DNA from: Coraliomargaritaceae bacterium
GTDB lineage: Bacteria > Verrucomicrobiota > Verrucomicrobiia > Opitutales > Coraliomargaritaceae
Direction: 5' to 3'
NCBI GenBank assembly: GCA_965656495.1
Contig: CBFHKU010000003.1
Coordinates: 32,001-96,000, forward strand
Length of the DNA: 64,000 bases
Part shown: positions 19,507 through 28,917 of the stretch, in pieces
Position numbering within the stretch: position 1 is the first letter of the stretch
Layout of the letters: the number at the start of each line of letters is the position of its first letter
Made by a program: the position numbers and the translations under genes
The notes under the pieces: model-generated
Seen by the model: only the letters and a program-made list of their open reading frames with translations
What the model was told of the DNA's origin: nothing
Database searches by the model: none

Positions 19507-19691
19507 GTGGAGCCATGCGCTTACTGAAGGCTGTTCAATCGAGATGACACTTGCTCTCACAGGAACAAAACACGCGCTCCGGTCCTCAGGACCAAGGGCG
19601 GCAGCGTCTCAAAACCCAAGACCCCGGAATTAAAAAGATCGGACAGCTTTCACTGTCGAAATCCTTACGCTAATCCCAATAAATTAAAATC

Positions 19692-20621
19692 ATGCGTATT
19701 CTTATCACCGGTGGTGCCGGATTTCTTGGCAGTCATTTATGCGAACGCCTCCTCCATGAAGGCCACGAGGTTGTCTGCATGGACAATTTCTTTACGGGGC
19801 GAAAGGTGAACGTCGCCCATTTGCTGGACAATCCCTACTTCGAGCTGATGCGGCACGATGTCGTGGATCCCTTTAAGCTGGAAGTCGACCAGATTTACAA
19901 TCTAGCCTGTCCCGCCTCTCCGGTTCATTACCAATTCAATCCAATCAAGACGACCAAGACCTCCGTCATGGGCGCGATCAACTGCCTCGGTCTCGCCAAG
20001 CGGGTGAATGCCCGCGTTTTCCAAGCCTCGACCTCCGAGGTCTACGGCGATCCCTCGGTCCACCCTCAGCCCGAAGCCTATTGGGGCAACGTCAACCCGA
20101 TCGGGATCCGCTCCTGTTACGACGAGGGCAAACGCTGCGCCGAGACCCTTTTCTTTGACTACTATCGCCAGAACGGCGTCGATATCCGGGTGGTGCGCAT
20201 CTTCAATACCTACGGGCCGCGCATGCTGGCGGATGACGGTCGCGTGGTTTCCAATTTTATTGTACAGGCGCTCCAAGGAAAAGACCTTACGGTTTACGGC
20301 GAAGGCCAGCAGACCCGCTCCTTCTGTTACGTCGATGACCTCATCGAGGGTTTTGTTCGCCTCATGAATCAGGATCAGGTCGTGGGCCCCATGAACATTG
20401 GCAACCCCATTGAATTCACCATCCTCGAACTCGCTGAAACAGTCCTTCAAATAACCGGCAGTAGCTCAAAAATCATCTATGAGCCCATGCCGCAGGACGA
20501 CCCCAAGCAACGCCAGCCCGATATTACTCAGGCAAAGGAAATTCTCGGCTGGGAGCCCACTGTTCCCCTTGAGGAGGGCCTTAAAAAGACCGTCGCGTAT
20601 TTCAAGGAGCAGATTGCCTAG
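19692..20621 (+). CDS. UDP-glucuronate decarboxylase (UDP-xylose synthase)
   Basis: [48 protein letters not shown]. Confidence 0.92.
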   Translation: MRILITGGAGFLGSHLCERLLHEGHEVVCMDNFFTGRKVNVAHLLDNPYFELMRHDVVDPFKLEVDQIYNLACPASPVHYQFNPIKTTKTSVMGAINCLGLAKRVNARVFQASTSEVYGDPSVHPQPEAYWGNVNPIGIRSCYDEGKRCAETLFFDYYRQNGVDIRVVRIFNTYGPRMLADDGRVVSNFIVQALQGKDLTVYGEGQQTRSFCYVDDLIEGFVRLMNQDQVVGPMNIGNPIEFTILELAETVLQITGSSSKIIYEPMPQDDPKQRQPDITQAKEILGWEPTVPLEEGLKKTVAYFKEQIA

Positions 20622-20631
20622 GCTGTAGCAC

Positions 20632-20665
20632 TTGACAGAGTATTACATTTATCAAAAAGTAATAC
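20632..20665 (+). promoter_or_regulatory. TA promoter/operator: TTGACA plus inverted repeat GTATTAC/GTAATAC
   Basis: Seen immediately before the antitoxin start; typical autoregulated TA layout. Confidence 0.6.
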
Positions 20666-20666
20666 C

Positions 20667-20894
20667 ATGAAAATGAACCAAAAAGGGCAGGTGACGATAC
20701 CGCAAGACCTGCGCAAGCGTTTTGGAATGACTCGTGATACCGAAATCGTTTTTGAGGCGGTTCCTGAAGGTTTGCTACTGCGCACTGAAAATAAGGGGCG
20801 GGCGGGTCGCCTCCGTCGGGGCATTGCGAAAGCGCGGGGATGCGCCGATGCCGAATTGACAACCGAAGCGGTGATGGAATTGACCCGAGGCTAA
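20667..20894 (+). CDS. AbrB/MazE-type antitoxin (VapB)
   Basis: MNQKGQVTIPQDLRKRFGM swapped-hairpin motif; adjacent to a PIN gene. Confidence 0.88.
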   Translation: MKMNQKGQVTIPQDLRKRFGMTRDTEIVFEAVPEGLLLRTENKGRAGRLRRGIAKARGCADAELTTEAVMELTRG

Positions 20895-21293
20895 ATGGTT
20901 CTGGTAGATTCCAATGTTCTGATTGATCTTTTTACGAATGACCCCAACTGGGCCGAATGGTCAGAAAACGCCTTACTTGAAGCCGCTCGGTATGATGCGC
21001 TTGCCATCAATCCGGTCATCTACGCAGAAATTTCTATTGCTTTTTCAGATGCCGCCAAACTGGATGCCGTTCTCGAACCTCTGGAAATCATGCGACTGCA
21101 GTTGCCCTACCGTGCTGCCTTTCTTGCAGGTAAAGCCTTTCTAAAATACCGTCGGCAAGGCGGCGACAGATCCTCGCCGCTCCCTGATTTCTTTATTGGA
21201 GCCCACGCTGTAAGCGAAAAAATGAAACTCATTACACGGGACACAAAACGCTTCCGGAGTTATTTCCCAGGCATTAATTGCGTAACACCTTAA
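20895..21293 (+). CDS. VapC PIN-domain toxin
   Basis: LVDSNVLID, YAE, LPDFFIGAHA, LITRD. Confidence 0.9.
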   Translation: MVLVDSNVLIDLFTNDPNWAEWSENALLEAARYDALAINPVIYAEISIAFSDAAKLDAVLEPLEIMRLQLPYRAAFLAGKAFLKYRRQGGDRSSPLPDFFIGAHAVSEKMKLITRDTKRFRSYFPGINCVTP

Positions 21294-21313
21294 ACACAAA
21301 GCATCGATTCAAT

Positions 21314-22303
21314 ATGAAAGTTCTCGTCGTAGGAGGAGCCGGCTACATTGGTAGCCATTGCGTGCGTCAATTGCAGGCTGCGGGTCACGAACCCGTGGTA
21401 CTCGACAACCTGGTCTTCGGGCATCGAGCCGCCGTGCATCCATCCATTCCCTTCTATGATAGCGATCTTGGCGATTCCGAAGCGGTTGGCGAAATTCTCC
21501 GCAAGGAACAAATCGAGTTGGTCATGCATTTCGCAGCCTTCGCCTACGTGGGCGAATCGGTCACCGAACCCCGCAAGTACTACGAGAACAACTTCGTCGC
21601 GACCCTCCGCCTTCTCGAGACCATGCTCGATAACGGCGTTTCCAAATTCGTCTTTTCCTCTACCTGCGCGACTTACGGCGAGCCTGAGACCCTGCCCATG
21701 GTGGAGACCCTCCCGCAGGCACCCATCAACCCCTACGGGCAAACCAAGCTCGACGTCGAGAACTGCCTCAAGGCATTCGCGCACGCCTACGGACTCAGCT
21801 TCGCGGCCTTCCGCTATTTCAATGCCGCCGGAGCGGCGGAGGACGGCTCGATCGGCGAAGACCACAACCCCGAGACCCATCTCATCCCCCTCGTGATCGA
21901 CGCCGCCACCGGACGTCGCGAAAACATCCAAATCTTCGGCACCGATTATCCGACCCCCGATGGCACCTGCCTGCGTGACTACGTGCATGTGGACGACCTT
22001 TCCCGTGCCCACATTGCGGTCTTTGATAAACTCAACGAACCCGGCGCCGCCTATTTCTACAACCTCGGCACCGGCACCCCCAACTCCGTCCGCGAAATTA
22101 TCACGGCGGTCGAAACAGTCACCGGCTTGAAAGTTCCCGTAGTGGAATCCGAACGCCGCGCCGGCGACCCCCCCGCGCTTTACGCCGATTCCACCAAGGC
22201 ACAGCAAGAACTCGGCTGGGAAATTCAATACTCCAAAATCGAAGATATTATCGCCACCGCCTGGAAATGGCATCAGGCGAATCCCGAGGGTTTTGGGGTG
22301 TAA
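21314..22303 (+). CDS. galE: UDP-glucose 4-epimerase
   Basis: GGAGYIGSH, FSSTCATYG, RYFNAAGA, PETHLIP, DGTCLRDYVHV. Confidence 0.93.
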   Translation: MKVLVVGGAGYIGSHCVRQLQAAGHEPVVLDNLVFGHRAAVHPSIPFYDSDLGDSEAVGEILRKEQIELVMHFAAFAYVGESVTEPRKYYENNFVATLRLLETMLDNGVSKFVFSSTCATYGEPETLPMVETLPQAPINPYGQTKLDVENCLKAFAHAYGLSFAAFRYFNAAGAAEDGSIGEDHNPETHLIPLVIDAATGRRENIQIFGTDYPTPDGTCLRDYVHVDDLSRAHIAVFDKLNEPGAAYFYNLGTGTPNSVREIITAVETVTGLKVPVVESERRAGDPPALYADSTKAQQELGWEIQYSKIEDIIATAWKWHQANPEGFGV

Positions 22304-22312
22304 GTAACCGCC

Positions 22313-22507
22313 GTGAAGAACGCTGATTCAAAAAATTGGGACAGTGTCACCTGGGCGGGCGCGGAAAAGAGCCGCCGGATACAGGATGCCCGTTTGAGCT
22401 TCCGCCAAAAACTCGAGTGGAACGCGCAGGCTCTGGAACTCACAAAACGCTTCGAGGCAGGCTGCTCTAAGGCACCGAGCACCCGCCCGCGTCCAATTAA
22501 AAATTAA
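22313..22507 (+). CDS. small hypothetical protein, possibly an orphan TA partner
   Basis: 64 aa ORF filling the galE-rmlB gap; W..A...R..Q...LS..QKLEW pattern. Confidence 0.4.
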   Translation: MKNADSKNWDSVTWAGAEKSRRIQDARLSFRQKLEWNAQALELTKRFEAGCSKAPSTRPRPIKN

Positions 22508-22510
22508 GCC

Positions 22511-23716
22511 ATGAAAATTCTCGTAACCGGAGGAGCCGGATTTATCGGTTCCAATCTCGTACGACTGCTCATCAAAGAGAAGGGCGCTACCGTCATAAAT
22601 CTCGACAAGCTCACTTACGCGGGCAACCCCGAATCCCTTGCCGATCTCGCGGACGACCCCAACTACCACTTCGAATACGGAGACCTCGCCGCCCCGATTG
22701 ATACGCCTGAGACACCACCTTCACACCGTGATCAAAAATCGCTCGTCGAGATTTTTGATCACTACCAACCCGACGCGGTCATGCACCTCGCTGCCGAGAG
22801 CCATGTGGACCGTTCCATCGATGGCCCCGGCGAGTTCATTCAAACCAACATCGTCGGCACCTACAATCTGCTTCAAGCGAGTCTGCAATATTGGCGTGGC
22901 CTGCCGGAGCCAGAAAGTGAAAAAGTGAGAACGTGTGAAGGTGGAAATGTTCAATCAGAGTCCGGTGACCTTCCCACTGTCAAACCTTCCCACCTTCCCA
23001 CCCAGAAATCCTTCCGATTTCTGCACGTTTCGACTGATGAAGTCTACGGCTCCCTTGCGCCCGATGCTCTTGGGTTTTCTGAAACGACTCCTTACGATCC
23101 GCACTCCCCGTACTCTGCCTCCAAAGCCGCTTCCGACCATCTCGCCCGTGCCTGGGCCGACACCTACGGTCTGCCGGTGCTTGTCACGAACTGCTCCAAC
23201 AACTACGGACCCTACCAATTTCCCGAAAAACTCATCCCGGTGGTCATCCTCAAATGCCTGCGCGGGGAACCCATTCCCGTTTACGGAAAGGGCGAAAATA
23301 TCCGCGATTGGCTCTACGTGGGGGATCATGCCGAAGCCCTCTACGCCGTCCTAACCAAGGGTCGGGTAGGAGAGACCTACAACATCGGCGGCAACAACGA
23401 ACAGACGAACCTCAATTTGGTTAAATTAATTTGTAAGATTTTGGATCAACAGCATCCACCTTCCCACCTTCCCACTTTCACACCTTCAAACCCTGTCAGC
23501 TATGAAAGCCTAATCGGCTTTGTAGCTGACAGACCCGGCCACGACCTGCGCTACGCCATCGACGCCCGCAAGATCCGCGACGAACTCGGCTGGGAACCCA
23601 AAGAAGATTTCGAATCCGGTTTTCGCAAAACCGTACACTGGTATTTGGAAAACCAAGAGTGGTGGCAGCATATCCTTTCCGGCGACTACCAACTGGAGCG
23701 CCTGGGTAAAACTTGA
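22511..23716 (+). CDS. rfbB: dTDP-glucose 4,6-dehydratase with repeat-derived in-frame insertions
   Basis: [49 protein letters not shown]; 401 aa, longer than usual. Confidence 0.93.
   Translation: MKILVTGGAGFIGSNLVRLLIKEKGATVINLDKLTYAGNPESLADLADDPNYHFEYGDLAAPIDTPETPPSHRDQKSLVEIFDHYQPDAVMHLAAESHVDRSIDGPGEFIQTNIVGTYNLLQASLQYWRGLPEPESEKVRTCEGGNVQSESGDLPTVKPSHLPTQKSFRFLHVSTDEVYGSLAPDALGFSETTPYDPHSPYSASKAASDHLARAWADTYGLPVLVTNCSNNYGPYQFPEKLIPVVILKCLRGEPIPVYGKGENIRDWLYVGDHAEALYAVLTKGRVGETYNIGGNNEQTNLNLVKLICKILDQQHPPSHLPTFTPSNPVSYESLIGFVADRPGHDLRYAIDARKIRDELGWEPKEDFESGFRKTVHWYLENQEWWQHILSGDYQLERLGKT
22913..23002. repeat. inverted pair of 8-mer tandem arrays inside rfbB
   Basis: gaaagtga aaaagtga gaacgtgt gaaggtgg ... 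ccttccca ctgtcaaa ccttccca ccttccca. Confidence 0.8.
23456..23495. repeat. 8-mer tandem array inside rfbB
   Basis: ccaccttc ccaccttc ccactttc acaccttc aaaccctg. Confidence 0.8.
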
Positions 23717-23734
23717 AACATTACAAATAACATC

Positions 23735-25089
23735 ATGGAAAAATAGCAATAATTGGACTGGGATACGTCGGGTTACCTCTGGGTCTTCACTTTGCGGATT
23801 CGGGTGTTTCGGTATTGGGGCTGGATGTCGATGCGGCTAAAGTAGATGCCATCAATTCCGGCAAAAGCTACATCAAGCATATTGATGCGGCAGAGATTGC
23901 GGCACAACAAGCCAGTGGAAAACTGGAGGCTTCGACGGATTTTTCGCGGGTGAGCGAAGTCGATGCGGTGCTCATCTGCGTTCCCACTCCGTTGAACAAA
24001 TACCGCGAACCGGACATTTCCTACGTGCTGAAATCAGGCGAGGCCATTGCGCCTTACCTTGCGCAGCAAGGTGTGCAAAGTTCGAGTTCAGAGTTCGAGT
24101 CAGAAACTAGCCACTCGAACACTGCCAAAGGCAGTCCACTCGAACAGTCGCGTCCAAAACTCATCGTTTTGGAGTCGACGACGTACCCCGGCACGACCGA
24201 CACGGATTTACGCAAAGTGCTCGAAGCGGGTTCGGGCCTGAAGGCGGGAGAGGATTTCTACTTGGCCTTTTCTCCGGAACGCGAGGATCCGGGTCGCAAG
24301 GACCACTCTGTGAAAACCATCCCGAAGGTCATGGGCGGTTACACCGAAGCCTGTCTAAAGCGTTGTATAGAACTCTACTCCAAGGCGCTTGATAAAGTGC
24401 ATCCGGTCAGTTCTTGCCGTTTGGCGGAAGCAACAAAGTTAACTGAAAATATCTTCCGCTCTGTTAACATTGCATTGGTCAATGAACTGAAGGTGGTCTT
24501 TCAAAAGATGGATATCGACGTGTGGGATGTCGTCGACGCTGCGGCAACCAAGCCCTTTGGCTACATGCCCTTTTATCCCGGCCCCGGCCTCGGCGGACAC
24601 TGCATTCCGATTGATCCCTTTTACATGACCTGGAAGGCCCGCGAATACGAGCAACACACCCGTTTCATTGAACTGGCAGGCGAGATCAATACCGCCATGC
24701 CGGACTATGTGATTTCCCGCGTTGCCGACGCGCTCAATGACGACGGCAAGGCGATCAAGGGCTCCAAAATTCTCCTCCTCGGCATGGCTTACAAACCGAA
24801 CGTCGATGACGACCGCGAGTCCCCCAGTTACGTCCTTATGAAGAAACTTGAGGACAAGGGCGCCATTGTTAGCTACAACGACCCGCACGTCCCCGAGATC
24901 AAGCTCACCCGCGAACATCCGGAATTTGCGGGTAGGAAGTCCGTTGCGATCACTGACGACTTCGATTGTATCCTAGTCGCCACCCATCATGCCGAATATG
25001 GTGAATATGACTTTTCAAACTTCACTGCCCCAATCGTGGATACGCGAAATTGTGTAGGCAAACGTCCTGCTAAATATTATAAAGCGTGA
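23735..25089 (+). CDS. nucleotide-sugar dehydrogenase (WbpA/TviB/WecC family) with a frameshift right after the start codon
   Basis: ATG GAA AAA TAG is out of frame with KIAIIGLGYVGLPL; ICVPTP, ESTTYPGTT, FSPEREDPG, GPGLGGHCIPIDP follow. Confidence 0.88.
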
Positions 25090-25231
25090 CGCTATCAGTC
25101 ATCCTTCATCGCCCAAAGGGCCAACCAGCCAAGTATCATGTAGCCTAGGCCGATGACATGTCTCGTCTCCTCCTCCCCATCTCTAACCCGCAAGGCGGGC
25201 GGTTGTCCGAATGATTTTTTCAGGCGTTGAC

Positions 25232-25265
25232 TTGACAATTCACCCTTAAAGTAAGACGTTCTTAC
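25232..25265 (+). promoter_or_regulatory. TA promoter/operator: TTGACA plus inverted repeat GTAAGA/TCTTAC
   Basis: Directly upstream of the second AbrB antitoxin ATG. Confidence 0.6.
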
Positions 25266-25268
25266 GAT

Positions 25269-25505
25269 ATGCATACAGTTGTTTCCAGCAAAGGTCAGAT
25301 CGTGATTCCAGCCAAGATGCGCAAGGCCCTGAATTTGCATTCAGGGCAGCGGATCAATCTCGACCGTCGCGGTCGATCAATCATTTTGTCCACGGAGGAG
25401 CCTAAATTCGATAGATGGCTGGAGGAACGTCGCGGGAAGGGCGTGTTAAAGGAACCGTTAAAGGTTGACCGCACGGCAAGTATGCCTGAGGCAAAAAAAC
25501 TTTAG
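25269..25505 (+). CDS. AbrB/MazE-type antitoxin
   Basis: VSSKGQIVIPAKMRKALNL motif. Confidence 0.88.
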   Translation: MHTVVSSKGQIVIPAKMRKALNLHSGQRINLDRRGRSIILSTEEPKFDRWLEERRGKGVLKEPLKVDRTASMPEAKKL

Positions 25506-25508
25506 ACA

Positions 25509-25898
25509 GTGGGAACCTATCTCTTAGACTCTGATGTCGCGATCGCTTTGATTAATGGGCATGAGGAATGGATCGATCTTTTAATCGGTCAGGCGAACGC
25601 AATTTCCAGCGTGACTGCATATGAATTGGCAGTAGGCATAGAAAAATGCCGCTCCAAAAAGACAATCAGAGAGACCCGTGATTTCCTGTCTGCGATTGAA
25701 GTGATCGATTTCGATGTCGAAGCGGCATTTGAGAGTGCGCGTGTTCGCGCCGAACTCGAAAGTGTCGGGCAGGGCATCGGACCTTACGATACCTTAATTG
25801 CTGGGCACTGTCGCCTGCTTGGACGTTCCTTGGTGACCAATAATCTGCGTGAATTTGAACGGGTGTCGAACCTGGAGGTGGTCTCCATTCGGAAATAA
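25509..25898 (+). CDS. VapC PIN-domain toxin
   Basis: YLLDSD, SSVTAYEL, IGPYDTLIAGH, LVTNNLREFERV. Confidence 0.92.
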   Translation: MGTYLLDSDVAIALINGHEEWIDLLIGQANAISSVTAYELAVGIEKCRSKKTIRETRDFLSAIEVIDFDVEAAFESARVRAELESVGQGIGPYDTLIAGHCRLLGRSLVTNNLREFERVSNLEVVSIRK

Positions 25899-26161
25899 AG
25901 GTTTTTTTTCGCAAACACAGTAAACCAGTGCTGGAGCTCCCATTCGCCCTACATCTAGTGCAGCGGTTGTAAAAAATCATCCTTCAATTCTATCCCAATA
26001 TGTCAGAAGACTTGATAAAGTTCTTATACTTGAATGTTTTACTCGAGCTGGCAATGGTGCACAATCCACTCTGGAGTCTATGCCACGGCTTCTCTTAAGA
26101 CTTCTCAATTGATTGCTTTACACTATTATCCAGTTGCTGCCTAGTCGAGTTGCGTCGGGTG

Positions 26162-26491
26162 GGTTCAGATATCCTCCTCCTCGGCATGGCATACAAACCG
26201 AACGTCGATGACGACCGCGAGTCCCCCAGTTACGTGCTCATGAAAAAACTTGAGCAACGGGGTGCAATCGTGGATTACAACGATCCTTATGTGCCTGAGA
26301 TCAAAACAAGTCGAGAGCACGCAGATCTTGCGGGTCGCCGCTCTGTTGAGATAAATGACGACTATGACTGTATATTGCTGGCCACCCACCATGACGAATA
26401 TAGGGAGTTCGACTTTTCGGACTTTGCCAGCCCTGTGGTGGATACGCGAAATTGTATTACTAAACGCCCGATGAAATTTTTTCGAGCATAG
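26162..26491 (+). pseudogene. duplicated 3' end (alternative C-terminus) of the upstream nucleotide-sugar dehydrogenase
   Basis: ILLLGMAYKPNVDDDRESPSYVLMKKLE is identical to the upstream gene, then the copies diverge but stay colinear to the stop. Confidence 0.9.
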
Positions 26492-26522
26492 AGCGTAAAT
26501 TTAAGATCAACCTCTCAATATC

Positions 26523-27575
26523 ATGGCTAAATATCTCGTAACCGGCGTTGCCGGATTTATCGCATCACGCACGGCCCAGTTTCTTTTGGAACAAGGGCAC
26601 GAAGTTGTCGGCGTCGACAATCTGAATGATTATTATGACGTCAGGTTGAAATACTACCGTCTTTTCGAACTCGCGAAGGCATCGGGAGGGGCAGCTGGCA
26701 TTGTTGCAGATTTGGATAAGTCGTTTCGTGAATCGACACAGCCGTCTGGCGTATGGGAGGCGGGCAACTTTCGCTTCTTGCAACTCGATATCGAAGATAA
26801 GGGGGCGGTTCTCGACTTGTTCAAAGCGCATCAGTTTGATGCAGTCTTAAATCTAGCTGCCCGTGCTGGTGTTCGCTACAGTATGGAAAATCCCGATGTC
26901 TATATGACGACAAATGCCATGGGCACTCTGCACCTCATGGACGGAATGAAAGCAACGGGGGTGAAGAAACTTGTATTGGCATCCACTTCTTCCCTCTACG
27001 CGGGCCAGCCGATGCCCTTCACAGAGACCTTGCCGGTGAATTCGCCCATATCGCCTTATGCCGCTTCAAAGAAAGCGGCTGAGATGATGGCTTACAGCTA
27101 CAGTTACCTCTACGATCTGGATGTGTCGGTGGTGCGCTATTTTACGGTTTTTGGTCCCTGTGGGCGCCCGGATATGTGTATCTTCCGCTTCACGAATTGG
27201 ATCGATGCCGGTGTGCCAATCGAACTGTTTGGCGATGGCAGTCAAAGTCGTGATTTCACCTATGTCGATGATATCGCTCGTGGCACAATTGCAGCACTCA
27301 AGCCCGTGGGGTATGAAGTCTTTAATCTCGGCGGTGGCAATAACCCGATCTCACTAAAACAGATCATAGAATGGATCGAAGAGGGGCTGGGCAAAAAAGC
27401 CAACTACGACCATAAACCCTTTCATAAAGCGGACATAAAGGAGACTTGGGCCGATATTTCAAAAGCGGAGCGGATGCTCGGCTGGAAGCCCCAGGTTGGT
27501 GTAAAGGAAGGGCTGGATCAAACAACAGAGTGGTATTTTGCAAATAGAGAGTGGCTGCAGGGTGTGTCTCTGTAG
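26523..27575 (+). CDS. NAD-dependent epimerase, UDP-glucuronate 4-epimerase-like (second paralog)
   Basis: TGVAGFI, DNLNDYYD, LAARAGVRYS, SPYAASKK, GRPDM. Confidence 0.85.
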   Translation: MAKYLVTGVAGFIASRTAQFLLEQGHEVVGVDNLNDYYDVRLKYYRLFELAKASGGAAGIVADLDKSFRESTQPSGVWEAGNFRFLQLDIEDKGAVLDLFKAHQFDAVLNLAARAGVRYSMENPDVYMTTNAMGTLHLMDGMKATGVKKLVLASTSSLYAGQPMPFTETLPVNSPISPYAASKKAAEMMAYSYSYLYDLDVSVVRYFTVFGPCGRPDMCIFRFTNWIDAGVPIELFGDGSQSRDFTYVDDIARGTIAALKPVGYEVFNLGGGNNPISLKQIIEWIEEGLGKKANYDHKPFHKADIKETWADISKAERMLGWKPQVGVKEGLDQTTEWYFANREWLQGVSL

Positions 27576-27608
27576 CTTTATTCTGAATAATTCCCAATAA
27601 TATTACCC

Positions 27609-27866
27609 ATGAAAGGAATCATACTTGCAGGCGGTGCTGGCACCCGACTACACCCGATCACACTGGCTGTTTCTAAACAGTTGATGCCGATCTATGACAA
27701 GCCGATGATCTATTATCCGCTGTCCGTGCTTATGCTGGCAGGGATTAACGAAATCCTGATTATCACGACACCGGAAGATCAGCCGGCTTTCCAGCGCTTG
27801 CTGGGCGATGGCTCCGAGCTGGAGCGGTTGGGGACGAGCGAAGCTCGTGATGGTGAACAATACTGA
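27609..27866 (+). pseudogene. 5' fragment of rmlA (71 codons) joined to an rmlB-like C-terminal tail
   Basis: 68/71 aa identical to the 30132 gene, then LERLGT (rfbB ends LERLGKT). Confidence 0.9.
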
Positions 27867-27880
27867 ATGGGTGATACTGG

Positions 27881-28237
27881 ATGGGTGACGGACTTAAAGA
27901 TTTTGAGGAGATGGAGGTGTGGCAAGATGCTCGGCAGTTGGCAGTTGGTGTCTACTCCGATTTCTCACAAGTAAAAGACTTCTCCTTCTGCGATCAGATT
28001 AAGCGGGCGGTCATATCCATATCTAATAATATTGCCGAGGGGTGCGGCCGGACTACCAAAACTGAATTTGCTCGATTTCTAGATATTGCGAAAGGTTCAA
28101 GTGCAGAGGTTCGGAGTATGTATAGGGTTGCCGAAGCACTTGAATTTATTTCTACATGCACAGCACAAAGGCGCTGTGAATCTTGCGTGAGTATTTCTAA
28201 ACAGTTAAGTGGCTTTGCAAAGCACCTTCGAAAGTAG
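27881..28237 (+). CDS. four-helix-bundle protein (23S rRNA IVP-like family)
   Basis: FEEMEVWQDA, DQIKRAVISISNNIAEG, FARFLDIAKGSSAEV. Confidence 0.9.
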   Translation: MGDGLKDFEEMEVWQDARQLAVGVYSDFSQVKDFSFCDQIKRAVISISNNIAEGCGRTTKTEFARFLDIAKGSSAEVRSMYRVAEALEFISTCTAQRRCESCVSISKQLSGFAKHLRK

Positions 28238-28290
28238 GTTTCCAATCGAGCATTGAGCATCAAATATTAACTATCAAAAATCTCTGATTT

Positions 28291-28332
28291 TTTCCATAAA
28301 AGGAATCATACTCGCCGATGGCGCCGGCTCCC
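28291..28332 (+). repeat. degenerate copy of the rmlA start (ATG changed to ATA)
   Basis: ataaaaggaatcatactcgccgatggcgccggctccc vs atgaaaggaatcatactagccggtggtgccggctccc. Confidence 0.85.
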
Positions 28333-28412
28333 TTCAGCATTCCAGACTTGGGCACCTAATGAGTGTTCGTAAAAGAAATTGATTCAGAGCCGTAATCTGC
28401 TAACTTTACCAA

Positions 28413-28628
28413 ATGACCGCTCTTGAAAAAGAAATACTCAGTTTACCTAAACTGCAGAAAATCAGCATTATGGAAAAAATTTGGGTCGATCTTCTAAAAG
28501 AAGAGGAGGCGATTGAACTGCCTGAATGGCATCTTGAGGAACTCGCAAAAACAGAAAAAAGCATTCAAAAGGGCAGGGAACATTTTCAGGATTGGGAAGT
28601 AGCCAAAAAAGCGATTCGTGAGGCATGA
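28413..28628 (+). CDS. addiction-module antitoxin component
   Basis: LPKLQKISIMEKIWVDL...PEWHLEEL...DWEVAKK pattern; overlaps the RelE start (ATGA). Confidence 0.8.
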   Translation: MTALEKEILSLPKLQKISIMEKIWVDLLKEEEAIELPEWHLEELAKTEKSIQKGREHFQDWEVAKKAIREA

Positions 28629-28915
28629 ATCTGAGGATTCTAACTGCAGCCTCCCGAGATTTAGTGAAAGGAAAGAAGCTCTATGAGCGTCAATAAGTAG
28701 GCTTGGGAGGATATTTCTTAGACACCCTCTATTCTGACATTGACTCTTTGATTTTGTATGCGGGCATCCATCGAAAAATACGCGGTTATCACTGCATGTT
28801 TTCGAGGCGCTTTCCTTATGCGGTTTATTACAAAACAGAATCGAATGAGATTCGAGTGTATCGAGTGATGGACTGCAGACAAGATCCTCGAAAAACATTG
28901 AAAGCACTGAAGTAG
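28625..28915 (+). pseudogene. RelE/ParE-family toxin with an in-frame premature stop
   Basis: MNLRILTAASRDLVKGKKLYERQ*VGLGGYFLD...RRFPYAVYY..DCRQDP; TAA at 28694-28696. Confidence 0.82.
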
Positions 28916-28917
28916 TG

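Noticed and set aside
21290..22273. 327-aa minus-strand ORF
   Set aside because: Antisense shadow of galE
27881..28237. Diversity-generating retroelement (Avd-like gene plus duplicated gene ends)
   Set aside because: No reverse transcriptase seen; differences between duplicated segments are not restricted to adenines
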